DNA from: an uncultured Rikenellaceae bacterium
GTDB lineage: Bacteria; Bacteroidota; Bacteroidia; Bacteroidales; VadinHA17
Direction of reading: 5' to 3'
NCBI GenBank assembly: GCA_964649775.1
Contig: CAZYQV010000468.1
Coordinates: forward strand, 1 to 25,460
DNA length: 25,460 nucleotides
The notes beneath the pieces were generated by a model, which ran no database searches, had not been told where the DNA came from, and was given only the letters and a program-made list of their open reading frames with translations. Position 1 is the first letter of the stretch. Each line of letters opens with the position of its first letter. This document shows, piece by piece, positions 9,327 to 20,403 of the stretch. A program made the position numbers and the translations under genes.

Positions 9327-9878
9327 TTATACACTGGCAGCTTTACCTGCTTTCCTTCTGATCTGCTCGCCCACGTACCGTATCCCTTTGCCTTTGTACG
9401 GCTCGGGCTTACGCAGCGAACGTATCTTGGCAGCCACATGGCCCAGCAACTGCTTGTCATAGCTCTTGAGGGTCACAATGGGGTTGCTCCGTCGCTCGGT
9501 CTTGGCCTCCACTTTGATCTCCTGCGGCAACTCGATCATGAAGTTATGCGAGTAGCCCAGGTAGAGGTCCAGCATCTGGCCGTTGGCCTCGGCACGGAAA
9601 CCGACACCCACCAGCTCCAGCTTGATCTCAAAGCCTTTGGAGACCCCTTCGACCATGTTATTGATGAGCGAACGGTACAGACCGTGCATTGCTTTGTGAC
9701 GCTTCTGGTCGGTGGGCCGCAGGACACGGATGATACCGTCCTTGATCTCGACGGTGATGTCCGGATCGATCTTCTGGCTCAACTCTCCCAAAGGCCCTTT
9801 TACCGTCACCACATTGTCACGGTATTCAACGGTGACCCCCTCAGGTATGGTTATGGGTAATTTTCCAATTCGTGACAT
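9327..9878 (-). CDS. rplF: 50S ribosomal protein L6
   Basis: MSRIGKLPI...VKGPLGEL...GVGFRA...[13 protein letters not shown]. Confidence 0.99.
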   Translation of the reverse strand: MSRIGKLPITIPEGVTVEYRDNVVTVKGPLGELSQKIDPDITVEIKDGIIRVLRPTDQKRHKAMHGLYRSLINNMVEGVSKGFEIKLELVGVGFRAEANGQMLDLYLGYSHNFMIELPQEIKVEAKTERRSNPIVTLKSYDKQLLGHVAAKIRSLRKPEPYKGKGIRYVGEQIRRKAGKAASV

Positions 9879-9891
9879 GATTCCTCTCTTT

Positions 9892-10290
9892 TTAATATAC
9901 GTAACACAATATTTCCCCGCCGATTTTCAGCTTCCTGGCCTCCTTGTCGGTCATCACACCCTGTGATGTAGACACGATGGCTATGCCCAGCCCGTTCAAC
10001 ACACGGGGCAGCTCACCGGCACCGGCATACTTACGCAGACCGGGACGGCTGACGCGCTTGATCGACTTGAAAGCAGGCACCTTCGTCTTGGGATGGTACT
10101 TGAGGGCGATCTTGATCACACCCTGCTTGTCATCATCCACGAACTTATAGTTGAGGATATACCCCTTGTCATAAAGGATCCGCGTGATGCTCTTCTTCAT
10201 GTTCGAAGCGGGGATCTCAACAACCTTGTGCCCGGCTTTGGCCGCATTACGCAACCTTGTTAAATAATCTGCAATAGGATCGGTTATCAT
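9892..10290 (-). CDS. rpsH: 30S ribosomal protein S8
   Basis: TDPIADYLTRLRNA...RVSRPGLRKY...GIAIVSTSQGVMTD. Confidence 0.99.
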   Translation of the reverse strand: MITDPIADYLTRLRNAAKAGHKVVEIPASNMKKSITRILYDKGYILNYKFVDDDKQGVIKIALKYHPKTKVPAFKSIKRVSRPGLRKYAGAGELPRVLNGLGIAIVSTSQGVMTDKEARKLKIGGEILCYVY

Positions 10291-10323
10291 TGCTTCTCTG
10301 TCTTTTCTTGTTATTAATCTTTC

Positions 10324-10593
10324 TTACCAGCTGGCTTTTTTGATCCCGGGGATCAGTCCCTGGGAGGCCATCTCCCGGAAGGTGATACGGCTCAGTCCGA
10401 ACTGCCGGATATATCCTTTGGGACGGCCGGTGAGCTTGCAGCGGTTGTGCAGACGTATCGGGTTGGAGTTACGCGGCAGACGGCTCAGACCGACATAGTC
10501 GCCTTCGGCCTTGAGACGGGCGCGTTTCTCAGCGTACTTGTCCACAAGCTTCTGCCTTTTCACTTCGCGGGCTTTCATTGATTCTTTTGCCAT
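10324..10593 (-). CDS. rpsN: 30S ribosomal protein S14 (89 aa, Zn-independent type)
   Basis: [10 protein letters not shown]...[26 protein letters not shown]. Only one Cys. Confidence 0.98.
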   Translation of the reverse strand: MAKESMKAREVKRQKLVDKYAEKRARLKAEGDYVGLSRLPRNSNPIRLHNRCKLTGRPKGYIRQFGLSRITFREMASQGLIPGIKKASW

Positions 10594-10597
10594 GTCT

Positions 10598-11152
10598 CTA
10601 TTTTTTTAAGTCTTTGAACGGTATTCCGAATTCTCTCAGCAGGGCATAACCCTCCTCGTCGCTGCGTGCAGAGGTGACGAAGGTGATCTCCAGCCCCATG
10701 ATCTTGTTGATCTTGTCGATGTCGATCTCGGGAAAGATGATCTGTTCGCGGATACCCATGGTATAGTTACCACGGCCGTCGAGCTTGCTTGTCACCCCGC
10801 GGAAGTCGCGTATACGCGGCAGGGCCACCTTGATGAGACGCTCGAGGAATTCGTACATCTTGTCACTGCGCAGGGTCACCTTGACACCGATGGGCATCTT
10901 CTTCCTCAGCTTGAAGTTGGAGATATCCTTGGTGGCTACCGTCTGCACGGCTTTCTGGCCGGCGATGGCCGAGAGCTCCTGCACACCCTGCTCGATGAGT
11001 TTCTTGTCGGCCGTAGCCTGACCGATGCCCTGGTTGATGGTGATCTTCAGCAACCTGGGCACCTGCATCACGGAAGAGTATCCGAACTCCTTCATCAGTG
11101 CGGGAACGATCTCTTCCTTGTATCTTTTCTTAAGTTCGGGTATGTATTCCAT
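10598..11152 (-). CDS. rplE: 50S ribosomal protein L5
   Basis: [14 protein letters not shown]...NFKLRK...KVTLR...LPRIRDFRG...DGRGNY. Confidence 0.99.
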   Translation of the reverse strand: MEYIPELKKRYKEEIVPALMKEFGYSSVMQVPRLLKITINQGIGQATADKKLIEQGVQELSAIAGQKAVQTVATKDISNFKLRKKMPIGVKVTLRSDKMYEFLERLIKVALPRIRDFRGVTSKLDGRGNYTMGIREQIIFPEIDIDKINKIMGLEITFVTSARSDEEGYALLREFGIPFKDLKK

Positions 11153-11475
11153 TACTTGATCTCCTCCCCTGATTTTTTAGAATAACGTACCAGTTTATTT
11201 TCATCATTCAGCCGGCGGCCTATGCGAGTGGGCTTGCCCGAAGAAGGATCCACCACATTGAGGTTGGAAATATGGATGGGGGCTTCCTTCTTGATGATCC
11301 CGCCCTGGGGATACTGGTTGTTGGGCTTGGTATGACGCGACACCATGTTCACGCCCTCGACGATAGCACGCTGCTCCTTGACGAGCACCTCCAGCACCTT
11401 GCCGGTCTGCCCTTTGTACTCACCGGTGTTGACATACACCAGGTCGCCTTTTTTGATATGTAGTTTCTTTGCCAT
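11152..11475 (-). CDS. rplX: 50S ribosomal protein L24
   Basis: [19 protein letters not shown]...VEGVN...[14 protein letters not shown]. Confidence 0.99.
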   Translation of the reverse strand: MAKKLHIKKGDLVYVNTGEYKGQTGKVLEVLVKEQRAIVEGVNMVSRHTKPNNQYPQGGIIKKEAPIHISNLNVVDPSSGKPTRIGRRLNDENKLVRYSKKSGEEIK

Positions 11476-11493
11476 TTTCTTCTCTTTTTTCCG

Positions 11494-11859
11494 TTACAGT
11501 ACTTCGGGAGCCAGGGAGATGATCTTCATGTATCCGTCGCGCAGCTCACGGGCCACAGGACCGAAGATACGGGTACCCCTCATCTCGCCGAGGTTGTTCA
11601 ACAATACACAGGCGTTGTCATCAAAACGGATATACGATCCGTCCTTGCGTCTCACCTCTTTCCTGGTGCGGACGACGACAGCCTTGCTCACCATGCCTTT
11701 CTTGGTGTCACTGCCGGGCAGGGCGCTCTTGACCGTCACGATGATGAGATCTCCCAGGGAGGCGTATTTTTTGCGCGTACCCCCCAGCACCCGGATGACC
11801 AGCACCTCTTTGGCTCCGCTGTTATCTGCTACAGCTAAACGACTCTCTTGTTGTACCAT
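11494..11859 (-). CDS. rplN: 50S ribosomal protein L14
   Basis: [10 protein letters not shown]...[11 protein letters not shown]...[13 protein letters not shown]. Confidence 0.99.
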   Translation of the reverse strand: MVQQESRLAVADNSGAKEVLVIRVLGGTRKKYASLGDLIIVTVKSALPGSDTKKGMVSKAVVVRTRKEVRRKDGSYIRFDDNACVLLNNLGEMRGTRIFGPVARELRDGYMKIISLAPEVL

Positions 11860-11861
11860 GA

Positions 11862-12122
11862 CTATTTGACTCTTTCAATTATTTCAACCAATCTCCAGCT
11901 CTTGTGCCGGCTCAGGGGCCGGGTCTCCATGATCCTGACAGTGTCACCGATATTGCAATCGTTCTTATCGTCATGGACCATGAACTTCTTGGTCTTGTTG
12001 ACAAATTTTCCGTAGATGGGGTGCTTTACTTTTCTTTTGACAGCCACCACGATGGTCTTGTCCATCTTGTTGCTGACGACAACCCCGATCCTCTCTTTAC
12101 GCAAATTTCTGGTTGCTTCCAT
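11862..12122 (-). CDS. rpsQ: 30S ribosomal protein S17
   Basis: [14 protein letters not shown]...HPIYGK...[13 protein letters not shown]. Confidence 0.99.
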   Translation of the reverse strand: MEATRNLRKERIGVVVSNKMDKTIVVAVKRKVKHPIYGKFVNKTKKFMVHDDKNDCNIGDTVRIMETRPLSRHKSWRLVEIIERVK

Positions 12123-12130
12123 TATCTTTT

Positions 12131-12337
12131 TTATTTACTCATTTTACCTGCAAGCTCCCGTTGACGCAGCTCCGTCTTCAGGCGGGCGATGTTTCTCCGT
12201 GCCTCCATGATCTTGTTAGGATTGTCCAGCGGAGAGATCGCATGGTTCAGTTTCAGTTTCTGCAGATAGGATGTCTCGTTCTCTATCCTTTCTACCAGCT
12301 CCTTATCGGTCAGCTCACGTATCTCTTTTGTTTTCAT
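12131..12337 (-). CDS. rpmC: 50S ribosomal protein L29
   Basis: [10 protein letters not shown]...[21 protein letters not shown]. Position between rplP and rpsQ. Confidence 0.97.
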   Translation of the reverse strand: MKTKEIRELTDKELVERIENETSYLQKLKLNHAISPLDNPNKIMEARRNIARLKTELRQRELAGKMSK

Positions 12338-12366
12338 TTTCTCACTGTTTTGATATACAGGATCGA

Positions 12367-12786
12367 CTATTCATGATAATCCCTGCGTACAACAAACTTG
12401 GTTTTCACGGGCAGCTTCTGTGCTCCCAGACGAAGGGCTTCCTGAGCCACAGTCAGGCTGACACCTTCTATCTCGAACATGATCCTGCCGGGGGTCACCG
12501 GTGCCACAAACCCTTCGGGCGAGCCTTTCCCTTTCCCCATACGCACCTCGGCGGGTTTCTTGGTGATGGGCTTGTCGGGGAAGATGCGTATCCACACCTG
12601 TCCTTCACGTTTCATATACCTCACGATGGCCTGACGGGCAGCCTCTATCTGGCGGCCGGTGATCCAGGCACTGTCGAGGGTCTTGATCCCGAAAGATCCG
12701 AAGGCCAGCTGATGACCGCGCTGGGCATTGCCTTTCATTCTTCCCTTCTGGCGTCTTCTGTATTTCGTTTTCTTCGGCTGTAACAT
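12367..12786 (-). CDS. rplP: 50S ribosomal protein L16
   Basis: [11 protein letters not shown]...[10 protein letters not shown]...[23 protein letters not shown]. Confidence 0.99.
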   Translation of the reverse strand: MLQPKKTKYRRRQKGRMKGNAQRGHQLAFGSFGIKTLDSAWITGRQIEAARQAIVRYMKREGQVWIRIFPDKPITKKPAEVRMGKGKGSPEGFVAPVTPGRIMFEIEGVSLTVAQEALRLGAQKLPVKTKFVVRRDYHE

Positions 12787-12821
12787 GATCGTAGCTCTTT
12801 TATAATATTCTTACTCTGTTC

Positions 12822-13529
12822 TTATCTGCGACGGCCGCCTCTGCCTCTGTCCCTTTTCAGGCCGCCTGACTTCTTCATTCCAATGTTGGGCGAGAGATCC
12901 CTCTTCCCGAAGACCTCACCGTTGCATATCCACACCTTGATGCCGATAACACCTACCTTGGTGCGGGCCTCGGCCAGAGCATAATCGATATCGGCACGGA
13001 GGGTGTGCAGCGGGATACGTCCTTCCTTATACGTCTCGGAACGGGCCATTTCGGCACCTCCCAGACGACCCGAGATCAGCACCTTGATCCCTTCGGCACC
13101 CATGCGCATCGTCGAGGCGATGGTCATCTTGATGGCCCGGCGGTAGGAGATCTTACCCTCCACCTGACGGGCGATGTTGTTGGCCACGATGGTGGCATCC
13201 AGCTCGGGACGCTTCACCTCGTAGATGTTGATCTGCACCTCTTTTTTGGTGATCTTCTTCAGCTCTTCCTTCAGCTTGTCCACCTCCTGGCCACCCTTGC
13301 CGATGATGATCCCCGGACGGGCCGTGTTGACCGTCACCGTGATGAGCTTAAGGGTCCGCTCGATGATGATCTTCGACACGCTGGCCTTGGCCAGACGGAC
13401 GTTCAGGTAGTTGCGGATCTTGTTGTCCTCAACGATCTTGTCGGCATAGTTGTTCCCACCGTACCAGTTGGAGTCCCAACCACGGATGATGCCCAGACGG
13501 TTTGATATCGGATTAACTTTTTGTCCCAT
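12822..13529 (-). CDS. rpsC: 30S ribosomal protein S3
   Basis: [13 protein letters not shown]...[11 protein letters not shown]...[11 protein letters not shown]...[11 protein letters not shown]. Confidence 0.99.
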   Translation of the reverse strand: MGQKVNPISNRLGIIRGWDSNWYGGNNYADKIVEDNKIRNYLNVRLAKASVSKIIIERTLKLITVTVNTARPGIIIGKGGQEVDKLKEELKKITKKEVQINIYEVKRPELDATIVANNIARQVEGKISYRRAIKMTIASTMRMGAEGIKVLISGRLGGAEMARSETYKEGRIPLHTLRADIDYALAEARTKVGVIGIKVWICNGEVFGKRDLSPNIGMKKSGGLKRDRGRGGRRR

Positions 13530-13976
13530 TTATTTCGTATTAGCATTTTCGGTTTCTACTTCTTCTGTCTCGCCCTGCGGAAGCATCATGCTGTCGAGGA
13601 TGACGGTCACATGGTTGGACCTCTTGCGGATGCGGTAAGCCCTTCCCTGCGGGGCGGGGCGCAGCCTCTTGAGCGTACGGCTCTGGTCGACGAAGACCTC
13701 CCTGACATACAGACGGCTCTCCTCCACACGGGCTCCCTCATTCTTCTCCTGCCAGTTGGCGATGGCAGAGAGCACCAGTTTTTCCAGCCGTCTGCTGGCT
13801 TCCTTGTTGCTGTATTTAAGCAGTTCCAACGCCCTGTTCACTTCCAGTCCCCGGATCATGTCGGCCACCAGCCTCATCTTACGGGGCGAAGAGGGATCGT
13901 TGCGCAGGACAGCCCTGTACTGGCTCTTCCTGGCCTCTTTCATCGCGTTGGCGCGTTCTGTCTTTCTTTTTCCCAT
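13530..13976 (-). CDS. rplV: 50S ribosomal protein L22
   Basis: [14 protein letters not shown]...[21 protein letters not shown]. Confidence 0.99.
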   Translation of the reverse strand: MGKRKTERANAMKEARKSQYRAVLRNDPSSPRKMRLVADMIRGLEVNRALELLKYSNKEASRRLEKLVLSAIANWQEKNEGARVEESRLYVREVFVDQSRTLKRLRPAPQGRAYRIRKRSNHVTVILDSMMLPQGETEEVETENANTK

Positions 13977-13995
13977 GACAAATTACTTTAAAGAA

Positions 13996-14262
13996 TTATC
14001 TAGCCTTTCCTCCATGACCTCTCCAGGTGCGCGTGGGGGCGAACTCGCCCAGCTTGTGCCCCACCATGTTCTCGGTGATGTACACCGGGATGAACTTGTT
14101 GCCGTTGTGTACGGCGATGGTATGTCCCACAAAATCGGGGGAGATCATGGAACGCCTCGACCAGGTCTTGATGACGGTCTTCTTGCCCGATTCATTCATC
14201 TCGAGGATTCTCTTCTCGAGCTTGTAATCAATAAAAGGACCTTTTTTTAATGAACGACTCAT
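13996..14262 (-). CDS. rpsS: 30S ribosomal protein S19
   Basis: [10 protein letters not shown]...KTWSRRS...VHNGNKF...[13 protein letters not shown]. Confidence 0.99.
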   Translation of the reverse strand: MSRSLKKGPFIDYKLEKRILEMNESGKKTVIKTWSRRSMISPDFVGHTIAVHNGNKFIPVYITENMVGHKLGEFAPTRTWRGHGGKAR

Positions 14263-14269
14263 GGTTTAT

Positions 14270-15103
14270 CTATCTTTTTCTTTTTTTCCTTTTTTCAACG
14301 ATCAGTTTGTTGGACGGTTTGTTCTTGGACCGTGTCTTATAACCCTTGGCGGGCATGCCGTTGCGTGAGCGCGGATGTCCTCCGGAGGCTCTTCCTTCGC
14401 CGCCGCCCATGGGGTGGTCGACGGGGTTCATGGCCACGCCTCTCACCCTCGGTCGTCTGCCCAGCCAGCGGGAACGTCCCGCCTTGCCCGAGCGCACCAG
14501 ACCGTGGTCGCTGTTGGAGACGGTGCCCACGGTGGCGCGGCAGGTGACCAGCACCATGCGCGACTCGCCCGAAGGCAGCTTGACAATGGCATACTTGCCG
14601 TCACGGCTCGTCAGCTGGGCATAGCTGCCGGCGCTGCGTGCCAGAGCCGCTCCCTTGCCGGGATAAAGCTCAATGTTGTGAATGACCGTACCCAGCGGTA
14701 TGTCGGAGAGGAACAGCGTGTTGCCGATCTCGGGAGCAATGCCCCTGCCCGACTCAACTGTCTGCCCCACCTTCAGCCCGTTGGGGGCGATGATGTATCT
14801 TTTCTCGCCGTCCTTGTATGCCACCAGAGCGATACGTGCCGAGCGGTTAGGGTCATACTCGATCGTCTTCACCACGGCAGGGATACCGTCCTTGTCTCGC
14901 TTGAAGTCGATGACCCTTAGCTTCCTCTTGTGACCCCCGCCCATGTAGCGCATGGTCATCTTGCCCGAGTTGTTCCTTCCGCCACTCTTCTTCAGGGGCA
15001 GGAGCAACGACTTCTCCGGCTTCGAGACGGTGATGTCGTCAAACGTCGCAACCACTCTGTGCCTTTGGCCCGGCGTTACCGGTTTTAATTTTCTTACTGC
15101 CAT
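14270..15103 (-). CDS. rplB: 50S ribosomal protein L2
   Basis: SGGRNNSG...GGGHKR...[13 protein letters not shown]...[18 protein letters not shown]. Confidence 0.99.
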   Translation of the reverse strand: MAVRKLKPVTPGQRHRVVATFDDITVSKPEKSLLLPLKKSGGRNNSGKMTMRYMGGGHKRKLRVIDFKRDKDGIPAVVKTIEYDPNRSARIALVAYKDGEKRYIIAPNGLKVGQTVESGRGIAPEIGNTLFLSDIPLGTVIHNIELYPGKGAALARSAGSYAQLTSRDGKYAIVKLPSGESRMVLVTCRATVGTVSNSDHGLVRSGKAGRSRWLGRRPRVRGVAMNPVDHPMGGGEGRASGGHPRSRNGMPAKGYKTRSKNKPSNKLIVEKRKKRKR

Positions 15104-15109
15104 AATCTC

Positions 15110-15400
15110 TTATATATTGCTGTAAAAATCAATGCTTTCTCCTTCGGCCAGCGTCACGATGGCCTTCTTGTAAGAATTGGTCTTACCCTGAATGATGCCG
15201 GTACGCGTGTAACGGCTTCTCCGCTTGCCGCCGTAACGCATCGTGTTGACACTCTCCACGGTGACACCATAGAGCTCCTCGACGGCCTTCTTGATCTCTA
15301 TCTTGTTGGCCTTCTTGTCCACAATGAAACCGTAACGGTTCAGGGTCTCACCCTGCTGCGTCATCTTTTCCGTCACGACCGGTTTGATCAGTATATTCAT
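15110..15400 (-). CDS. rplW: 50S ribosomal protein L23
   Basis: PVVTEK...ANKIEIKKAVEELYGVTVESVNT...KKAIVTL. Confidence 0.99.
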   Translation of the reverse strand: MNILIKPVVTEKMTQQGETLNRYGFIVDKKANKIEIKKAVEELYGVTVESVNTMRYGGKRRSRYTRTGIIQGKTNSYKKAIVTLAEGESIDFYSNI

Positions 15401-15415
15401 GGCTTCTGCTGATTA

Positions 15416-16045
15416 CTAATTTTGCAAATATTCTTTCATTACTTCGATGGCCTTCTCCGAGATGACCACGGCCGAGGCGTTCATCAGGTGATAGGTGGTC
15501 AGCTCACCCACGCTGATCACGTCCGTCTTAGGCAGGTTGCGCGAAGATAGATATACATTGTGATCCGTCTCGGCCATCACGAAGAGGGCTTTTTTATCAC
15601 TGATCTTCAGGTTGTCCTTGAGCTGCACCATCTCGCGTGTTTTGGGAGCTTCAAAGACGAAGTCCTCGATCACCGTCAGCTGCTTATCCTTCAACTTATA
15701 CGCCAGCGCGGAACGACGGGCCAGCTTCTTCACTTTCTTGTTCACCTTGAAAGCATAATCCCTGGGGCGGGGACCGAAGACACGGCCGCCCCCACGGAAG
15801 ATGGGCGAGGCGATGCTGCCGGCACGGGCCGTACCCGTACCTTTCTGCCTTTTGATCTTGCGTGTGGAGGCCCTCACCTCACCCCGCTCCTTGGCTTTGT
15901 GCGTCCCCTGACGCTGCGAGGCCAGGTAGAGTTTCACGTCCAGATAGATGGCATGATCGTTCGGCTCTCCCGGGATCAGCGCGTCGTTCAGCTCCACCGT
16001 CCTGCCGGTCTCTTTTCCTTCTTTATTTAATACTTTCAGTTTCAT
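15416..16045 (-). CDS. rplD: 50S ribosomal protein L4
   Basis: RQGTHKAKERGEV...RQKGTGTARAG...RGGGRVFGPRPRDY. Start placed at ATG 16045 ([10 protein letters not shown]), which overlaps the rplC stop (TAATG). Confidence 0.98.
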   Translation of the reverse strand: MKLKVLNKEGKETGRTVELNDALIPGEPNDHAIYLDVKLYLASQRQGTHKAKERGEVRASTRKIKRQKGTGTARAGSIASPIFRGGGRVFGPRPRDYAFKVNKKVKKLARRSALAYKLKDKQLTVIEDFVFEAPKTREMVQLKDNLKISDKKALFVMAETDHNVYLSSRNLPKTDVISVGELTTYHLMNASAVVISEKAIEVMKEYLQN

Positions 16046-16659
16046 TACTTTGTAATAATTAAGTATGAACCCTTGGGACCCGGTACGGATCCTTTTACCA
16101 ATAACAAATTTTCTTCGGGGATGATCTGCATCACCCGGAGAGAGATCATGGCCACCTGTCCGCCGCCTGTCCTGCCGGCCATCTTCATCCCTTTGAAGAC
16201 ACGCGAAGGATAGGAGGAGGCGCCCAGCGAGCCGGGAGCCCTGTCGCGGTTGTGCTGACCATGGGTGGCATCCCCCACACCACGGAAACCATGACGCTTG
16301 ACGACGCCCTGGAACCCTTTTCCTTTGGAGACACCCCGCACGTCCACCCATGTATCATCCTTGAAAAGGTCGACGGTGAGCGTATCCCCCAGCTTCACAT
16401 CCGTAAAGCCGTCAAACTCCACCAGCTTGCGCCGGGGGGTGGTGCCGGCTTTCTCAAAATGCCCGCGCATGGGCTTGGGGGTGTTCTTCTCTTTCTTTTC
16501 GTCAAAACCGAGCTGGACAGCCTCATAGCCGTCTTTCTCTTTGGTCTTGATCTGTGTCACAACACACGGACCGGCCTCGATGACCGTCACCGGCACGTTG
16601 TTGCCCTCTTCGTCGAAGAGGGATGTCATTCCTACTTTCTTTCCTATTAATCCTTGCAT
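16045..16659 (-). CDS. rplC: 50S ribosomal protein L3
   Basis: GKKVGMT...[10 protein letters not shown]...[15 protein letters not shown]...[10 protein letters not shown]. Confidence 0.99.
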   Translation of the reverse strand: MQGLIGKKVGMTSLFDEEGNNVPVTVIEAGPCVVTQIKTKEKDGYEAVQLGFDEKKEKNTPKPMRGHFEKAGTTPRRKLVEFDGFTDVKLGDTLTVDLFKDDTWVDVRGVSKGKGFQGVVKRHGFRGVGDATHGQHNRDRAPGSLGASSYPSRVFKGMKMAGRTGGGQVAMISLRVMQIIPEENLLLVKGSVPGPKGSYLIITK

Positions 16660-16680
16660 GGCCTTACAACCTTTCTAATT

Positions 16681-16986
16681 TCAAACCTTGATCTCTACCT
16701 CTACACCACTGGGCAGCTCCAGCTTCATCAACGCGTCGATCGTCTTGGGTGTAGAGCTGTAAATGTCCATCAACCGCTTGTGGGACGCCAACTGAAACTG
16801 CTCCCGCGATTTCTTGTTCACAAAAGGTGAACGCAGAACCGTGAAGATGCGCTTGTGGGTCGGCAACGGAATGGGACCACTGACGATGGCGCCCGTCGAC
16901 TTAACCGTTTTCACGATCTTCTCGGCAGACTTGTCCACCAGGTTGTGATCGTACGATTTCAGCTTTATCCGAATTTTCTGACTCAT
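16681..16986 (-). CDS. rpsJ: 30S ribosomal protein S10
   Basis: [11 protein letters not shown]...GPIPLPT...[13 protein letters not shown]...HKRL. Confidence 0.99.
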   Translation of the reverse strand: MSQKIRIKLKSYDHNLVDKSAEKIVKTVKSTGAIVSGPIPLPTHKRIFTVLRSPFVNKKSREQFQLASHKRLMDIYSSTPKTIDALMKLELPSGVEVEIKV

Positions 16987-17008
16987 TATTTCTGTCCTGT
17001 TATATTAA

Positions 17009-19114
17009 TTATACCTTGATGATTCCTTTTACATTCTCTATCACCTTCTCGGCGATCTCCTGCGGCACCGGCTCGTAATGGGAGAACTCCATCGAGGAGG
17101 TAGCCCTTCCCGAGGTGATGGTGCGCAGCACCGTCACATAGCCGAAGTTCTCTGCCAGGGGCACCTTGGCCTTGATGACACGGGCGCCGGCCTTCGACTC
17201 CATCCCTTCGATACGTCCACGCCGCTTGTTGAAGTCGGTGATGACATCACCCATATACTCTTCGGGGGTAACCACCTCTGCCGACATGATGGGCTCGAGG
17301 AGGATGGGGCCTGCCTTGGGAGCAGCATTCCGGAAAGCACGCTGGGCAGCCATCTGGAAAGAGAGCGAGTCGGAGTCGACGGGATGGTACGAGCCGTCTT
17401 TCACGACCACCTTGAGGTTGTCCATGGGGAAACCGGCCAGAGGACCGTTCTGCATGGCCAGCTTGAAACCTTTCTCGATGGCAGGCATGAACTCGCGGGG
17501 AATATTGCCGCCTTTCACCTCATCGACGAACTGCAGGCCCGTCACGCCTTCGTCGGCAGGACCTATCTCGATGACGATATCGGCAAACTTACCTTTACCG
17601 CCCGTCTGCTTCTTGAACACTTCGCGGTGCTCCACTGTCTTTGTGAGAGCCTCTTTATAGGCCACCTGGGGCTGTCCCTGGTTGCACTCGACATTGAACT
17701 CGCGCTTGAGCCTGTCGACGAGGATCTCCAGGTGCAGCTCACCCATGCCGCTGATGATCGTCTGTCCCGAGCTGTCGTCGGTACGCACCTTGAAGGTGGG
17801 ATCTTCCTCGGCCAGCTTGGCCAGGGCGGCACCCAGCTTATCCACATCGGCCTGTGTACGGGGCTCTATGGCCACGCCGATCACGGGCTCGGGGAAGGTC
17901 ATCGACTCGAGCGAGATAGGACGCTGGAAATCGGTGATGGTATCACCGGTCTTGATATCTTTCAGGCCCACAGCACCGCAGATATCCCCTGCCTCGATGA
18001 CATCACGGGGGTTCTGCTTGTTGGCATGCATCTGATAGAGCCTGTTGATGCGGTCTTTCTTGCCTGTACGGGGGTTGAGCACCGTCATGCCGGGGGTCAG
18101 CCTGCCCGAATATACCCGCAGGTACACCAGCCGTCCCACATACGGGTCGGTAGCGATCTTGAAAGCCAGGGCCGCCAGCGGCGCCTTGGGGTCGGGCTCG
18201 CGGGTGATCTCTTCGCCGGTCTTGGGGTTGATGCCCCTGACGGCTCCCACCTCCAGAGGACTGGGCAGGTAGGCCACGATGGCGTCGAGGAGACGCTGCA
18301 CCCCTTTGTTCTTGAAGGCCGACCCGCACATCACCGGCACAATGGTGCCGTCGATAGTGGCCTCACGGATGACGGCTGCCATCTCATCAGGGGTGATGGA
18401 GTCAGGGTCCTCGAAATAACGCTCCAGGAGAGCATCGTCTTTCTCGGCCACGGCCTCCACCAGCTTGTTGCGCCACTCGGCAGCCTCGTCGGCCAGCTCG
18501 GCAGGGATATCCTCCAGACTGTACTTGACACCCATGGTCTTGTCGTCGTGCCAGACGACAGCTTTGTTCTCCATCAGGTCGATGACTCCCTTGAAAGAGT
18601 CTTCGGCACCGATGGGTATCTGCACGGGGACAGGATTGGACTTCAGCTTGTCACGGATCTCATTGACCACACTGAAAAAATCAGCCCCCACACGGTCCAT
18701 CTTGTTGACAAAGGCAATACGCGGCACACCGTACTTGTCGGCCTGGCGCCAGACGGTCTCCGACTGGGGCTCCACGCCGCTGACAGCACAGAACACGGCC
18801 ACAGCACCGTCGAGGACACGCAGCGAACGCTCCACCTCCACGGTGAAGTCGACATGGCCGGGCGTGTCGATGATGTTGATCTTGTACTCCTCTCCCTTGT
18901 ATTTCCAGAATGTGGTGGTAGCAGCAGAGGTGATGGTGATCCCGCGCTCCTGTTCCTGAACCATCCAGTCCATCTGGGCAGCACCGTCATGCACCTCACC
19001 GATGCGGTGAGTGATCCCCGTATAGAAAAGGATCCTCTCCGTCGTGGTGGTCTTGCCCGCATCAATGTGGGCCATGATCCCGATGTTCCTCGTATGTTTG
19101 AGACGGTCTGTCAT
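17009..19114 (-). CDS. fusA: Elongation factor G (canonical EF-G1)
   Basis: Intact GTPase motifs [26 protein letters not shown]. Position after rpsG. Confidence 0.99.
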   Translation of the reverse strand: MTDRLKHTRNIGIMAHIDAGKTTTTERILFYTGITHRIGEVHDGAAQMDWMVQEQERGITITSAATTTFWKYKGEEYKINIIDTPGHVDFTVEVERSLRVLDGAVAVFCAVSGVEPQSETVWRQADKYGVPRIAFVNKMDRVGADFFSVVNEIRDKLKSNPVPVQIPIGAEDSFKGVIDLMENKAVVWHDDKTMGVKYSLEDIPAELADEAAEWRNKLVEAVAEKDDALLERYFEDPDSITPDEMAAVIREATIDGTIVPVMCGSAFKNKGVQRLLDAIVAYLPSPLEVGAVRGINPKTGEEITREPDPKAPLAALAFKIATDPYVGRLVYLRVYSGRLTPGMTVLNPRTGKKDRINRLYQMHANKQNPRDVIEAGDICGAVGLKDIKTGDTITDFQRPISLESMTFPEPVIGVAIEPRTQADVDKLGAALAKLAEEDPTFKVRTDDSSGQTIISGMGELHLEILVDRLKREFNVECNQGQPQVAYKEALTKTVEHREVFKKQTGGKGKFADIVIEIGPADEGVTGLQFVDEVKGGNIPREFMPAIEKGFKLAMQNGPLAGFPMDNLKVVVKDGSYHPVDSDSLSFQMAAQRAFRNAAPKAGPILLEPIMSAEVVTPEEYMGDVITDFNKRRGRIEGMESKAGARVIKAKVPLAENFGYVTVLRTITSGRATSSMEFSHYEPVPQEIAEKVIENVKGIIKV

Positions 19115-19144
19115 CTTCTCTGCTCTCCTGCTCCTTAATATATT

Positions 19145-19621
19145 TTAAAACCGGAAGTGGGCAAAAGCCTTGTTGGCCTCGGCCATCCGGTGCATGTCTT
19201 CTTTTTTCTTGTAGGCGCCGCCCTCCTCATTGTAAGCGGCGATGATCTCTGCTGCCAGTTTCTCGCTCATGCTCTTGCCGTTGCGCTTGCGGGCGAAAAG
19301 GATGAGGTTCTTCATGCTGATGGATACTTTCCTGCCGGGACGCACCTCCATAGGCACCTGAAAAGTGGCACCTCCCACACGGCGGCTTTTCACCTCCACC
19401 TGGGGGGTAATGTTCTCCAGGGCTTTCTTCCAGATCTCCAGCGGCGTGACATCCTCTTTCTTCATCTTCTCCTGGACGATATCCATGGCATCGTAGAAAA
19501 TCTTGAAAGAAAGGTTCTTCTTGCCCTGCAGCATCAGGTTGTTGACGAACTGCGTCACCAGCGGATCGTTATATCTGGGGTCCGGTAAAATGGTCCTCTT
19601 TTTGGGTTTTGATTTCCTCAT
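19145..19621 (-). CDS. rpsG: 30S ribosomal protein S7
   Basis: PDPRYND...[18 protein letters not shown]...[15 protein letters not shown]. Confidence 0.99.
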   Translation of the reverse strand: MRKSKPKKRTILPDPRYNDPLVTQFVNNLMLQGKKNLSFKIFYDAMDIVQEKMKKEDVTPLEIWKKALENITPQVEVKSRRVGGATFQVPMEVRPGRKVSISMKNLILFARKRNGKSMSEKLAAEIIAAYNEEGGAYKKKEDMHRMAEANKAFAHFRF

Positions 19622-19639
19622 GACAACAAAAAATTCAAA

Positions 19640-20014
19640 TTAGTTCTTAGGTCTTTTCGTTCCGTATTTCGATCTGCGCTGTGTACGTCCCTCCACGCCG
19701 GCAGCGTCCAGCGCACCGCGGATCAGATGGTAACGAACACCGGGAAGGTCTTTCACACGCCCTCCCCTGATCAGCACGATGGAGTGCTCCTGCAGGTTGT
19801 GTCCTTCACCGGGGATGTATGCGTTCACCTCTTTCCCGTTGGTCAGACGCACCCTGGCCACCTTGCGCATGGCCGAGTTAGGCTTCTTCGGCGTAGTGGT
19901 ATACACACGCACACAGACACCCCTTCTCTGGGGACATGCATCCAGCGCAGGTGCCTTGCTTTTCTCAACAATTTTCTTCCTTCCTTTTCTTACTAACTGT
20001 TGTATTGTAGGCAT
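19640..20014 (-). CDS. rpsL: 30S ribosomal protein S12
   Basis: [12 protein letters not shown]...[17 protein letters not shown]...[12 protein letters not shown]. Confidence 0.99.
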   Translation of the reverse strand: MPTIQQLVRKGRKKIVEKSKAPALDACPQRRGVCVRVYTTTPKKPNSAMRKVARVRLTNGKEVNAYIPGEGHNLQEHSIVLIRGGRVKDLPGVRYHLIRGALDAAGVEGRTQRRSKYGTKRPKN

Positions 20015-20050
20015 AAACCAACGTTTTATTTATTTTTAAAAATCGGACTG

Positions 20051-20080
20051 CAAAGGTATTCTTTATTTTTTAAAAAACAA
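20051..20080 (-). promoter_or_regulatory. Bacteroidota housekeeping-sigma promoter for the rpsL superoperon
   Basis: Minus strand: TTG (20080-20078), 19-nt spacer, TACCTTTG (20058-20051). Matches the TTTG-N19-21-TAnnTTTG consensus, 36 nt upstream of the rpsL ATG. Confidence 0.85.
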
Positions 20081-20316
20081 TATTCATTCACGGAATTATT
20101 TTCATCATCCCGTTCGGCAAACCTCCTATATATATAAAGGTATAAACCGGTTTTCCCCTCCGGGAGAGAATTCATCCGCAGATTGTTTTCTGCTCCCGGA
20201 AAACAGCGGCACAAAAATATACTTTTTTACCAAATCAAAAAAATAACCGACTCTTTTTTTAATTTTTTGTGTTTCAGGCGGAAAAAATCATATTTCGCCG
20301 GGATGAGCAGAAGGTG

Positions 20317-20346
20317 TTGACAGATGATAAAAAATTATTACTTTTG
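20317..20346 (+). promoter_or_regulatory. Bacteroidota housekeeping-sigma promoter for fusA2
   Basis: TTG (20317-20319), 19-nt spacer, TACTTTTG (20339-20346). Lies 57 nt upstream of ATG 20404. Confidence 0.75.
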
Positions 20347-20403
20347 GTGCACTTTTTCAAAGTACAAATTATATTATTCGATCACAGATAATTACATAAA
20401 ACG

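Noticed and set aside
5081-10593. Cys-poor (Zn-independent) L36 and S14
   Set aside because: These are the normal forms in Bacteroidota, not zinc-starvation paralogs.
16046-16351. Apparent 102-aa N-terminal extension of L4 in the ORF track
   Set aside because: It overlaps rplC in another frame. The true start is ATG 16045, coupled to the rplC stop.
16987-17008. No tuf between fusA and rpsJ; no adk between secY and map
   Set aside because: Standard Bacteroidota arrangement, not a deletion peculiar to this genome.
19640-20014. Possible resistance alleles in S12
   Set aside because: Both streptomycin-site lysines are wild type ([15 protein letters not shown]).
20026-20214. 62-aa minus-strand ORF upstream of rpsL (possible leader peptide)
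   Set aside because: It runs through the rpsL promoter itself (the YLCS segment is the TACCTTTGCA -7 box) and has no coding features.
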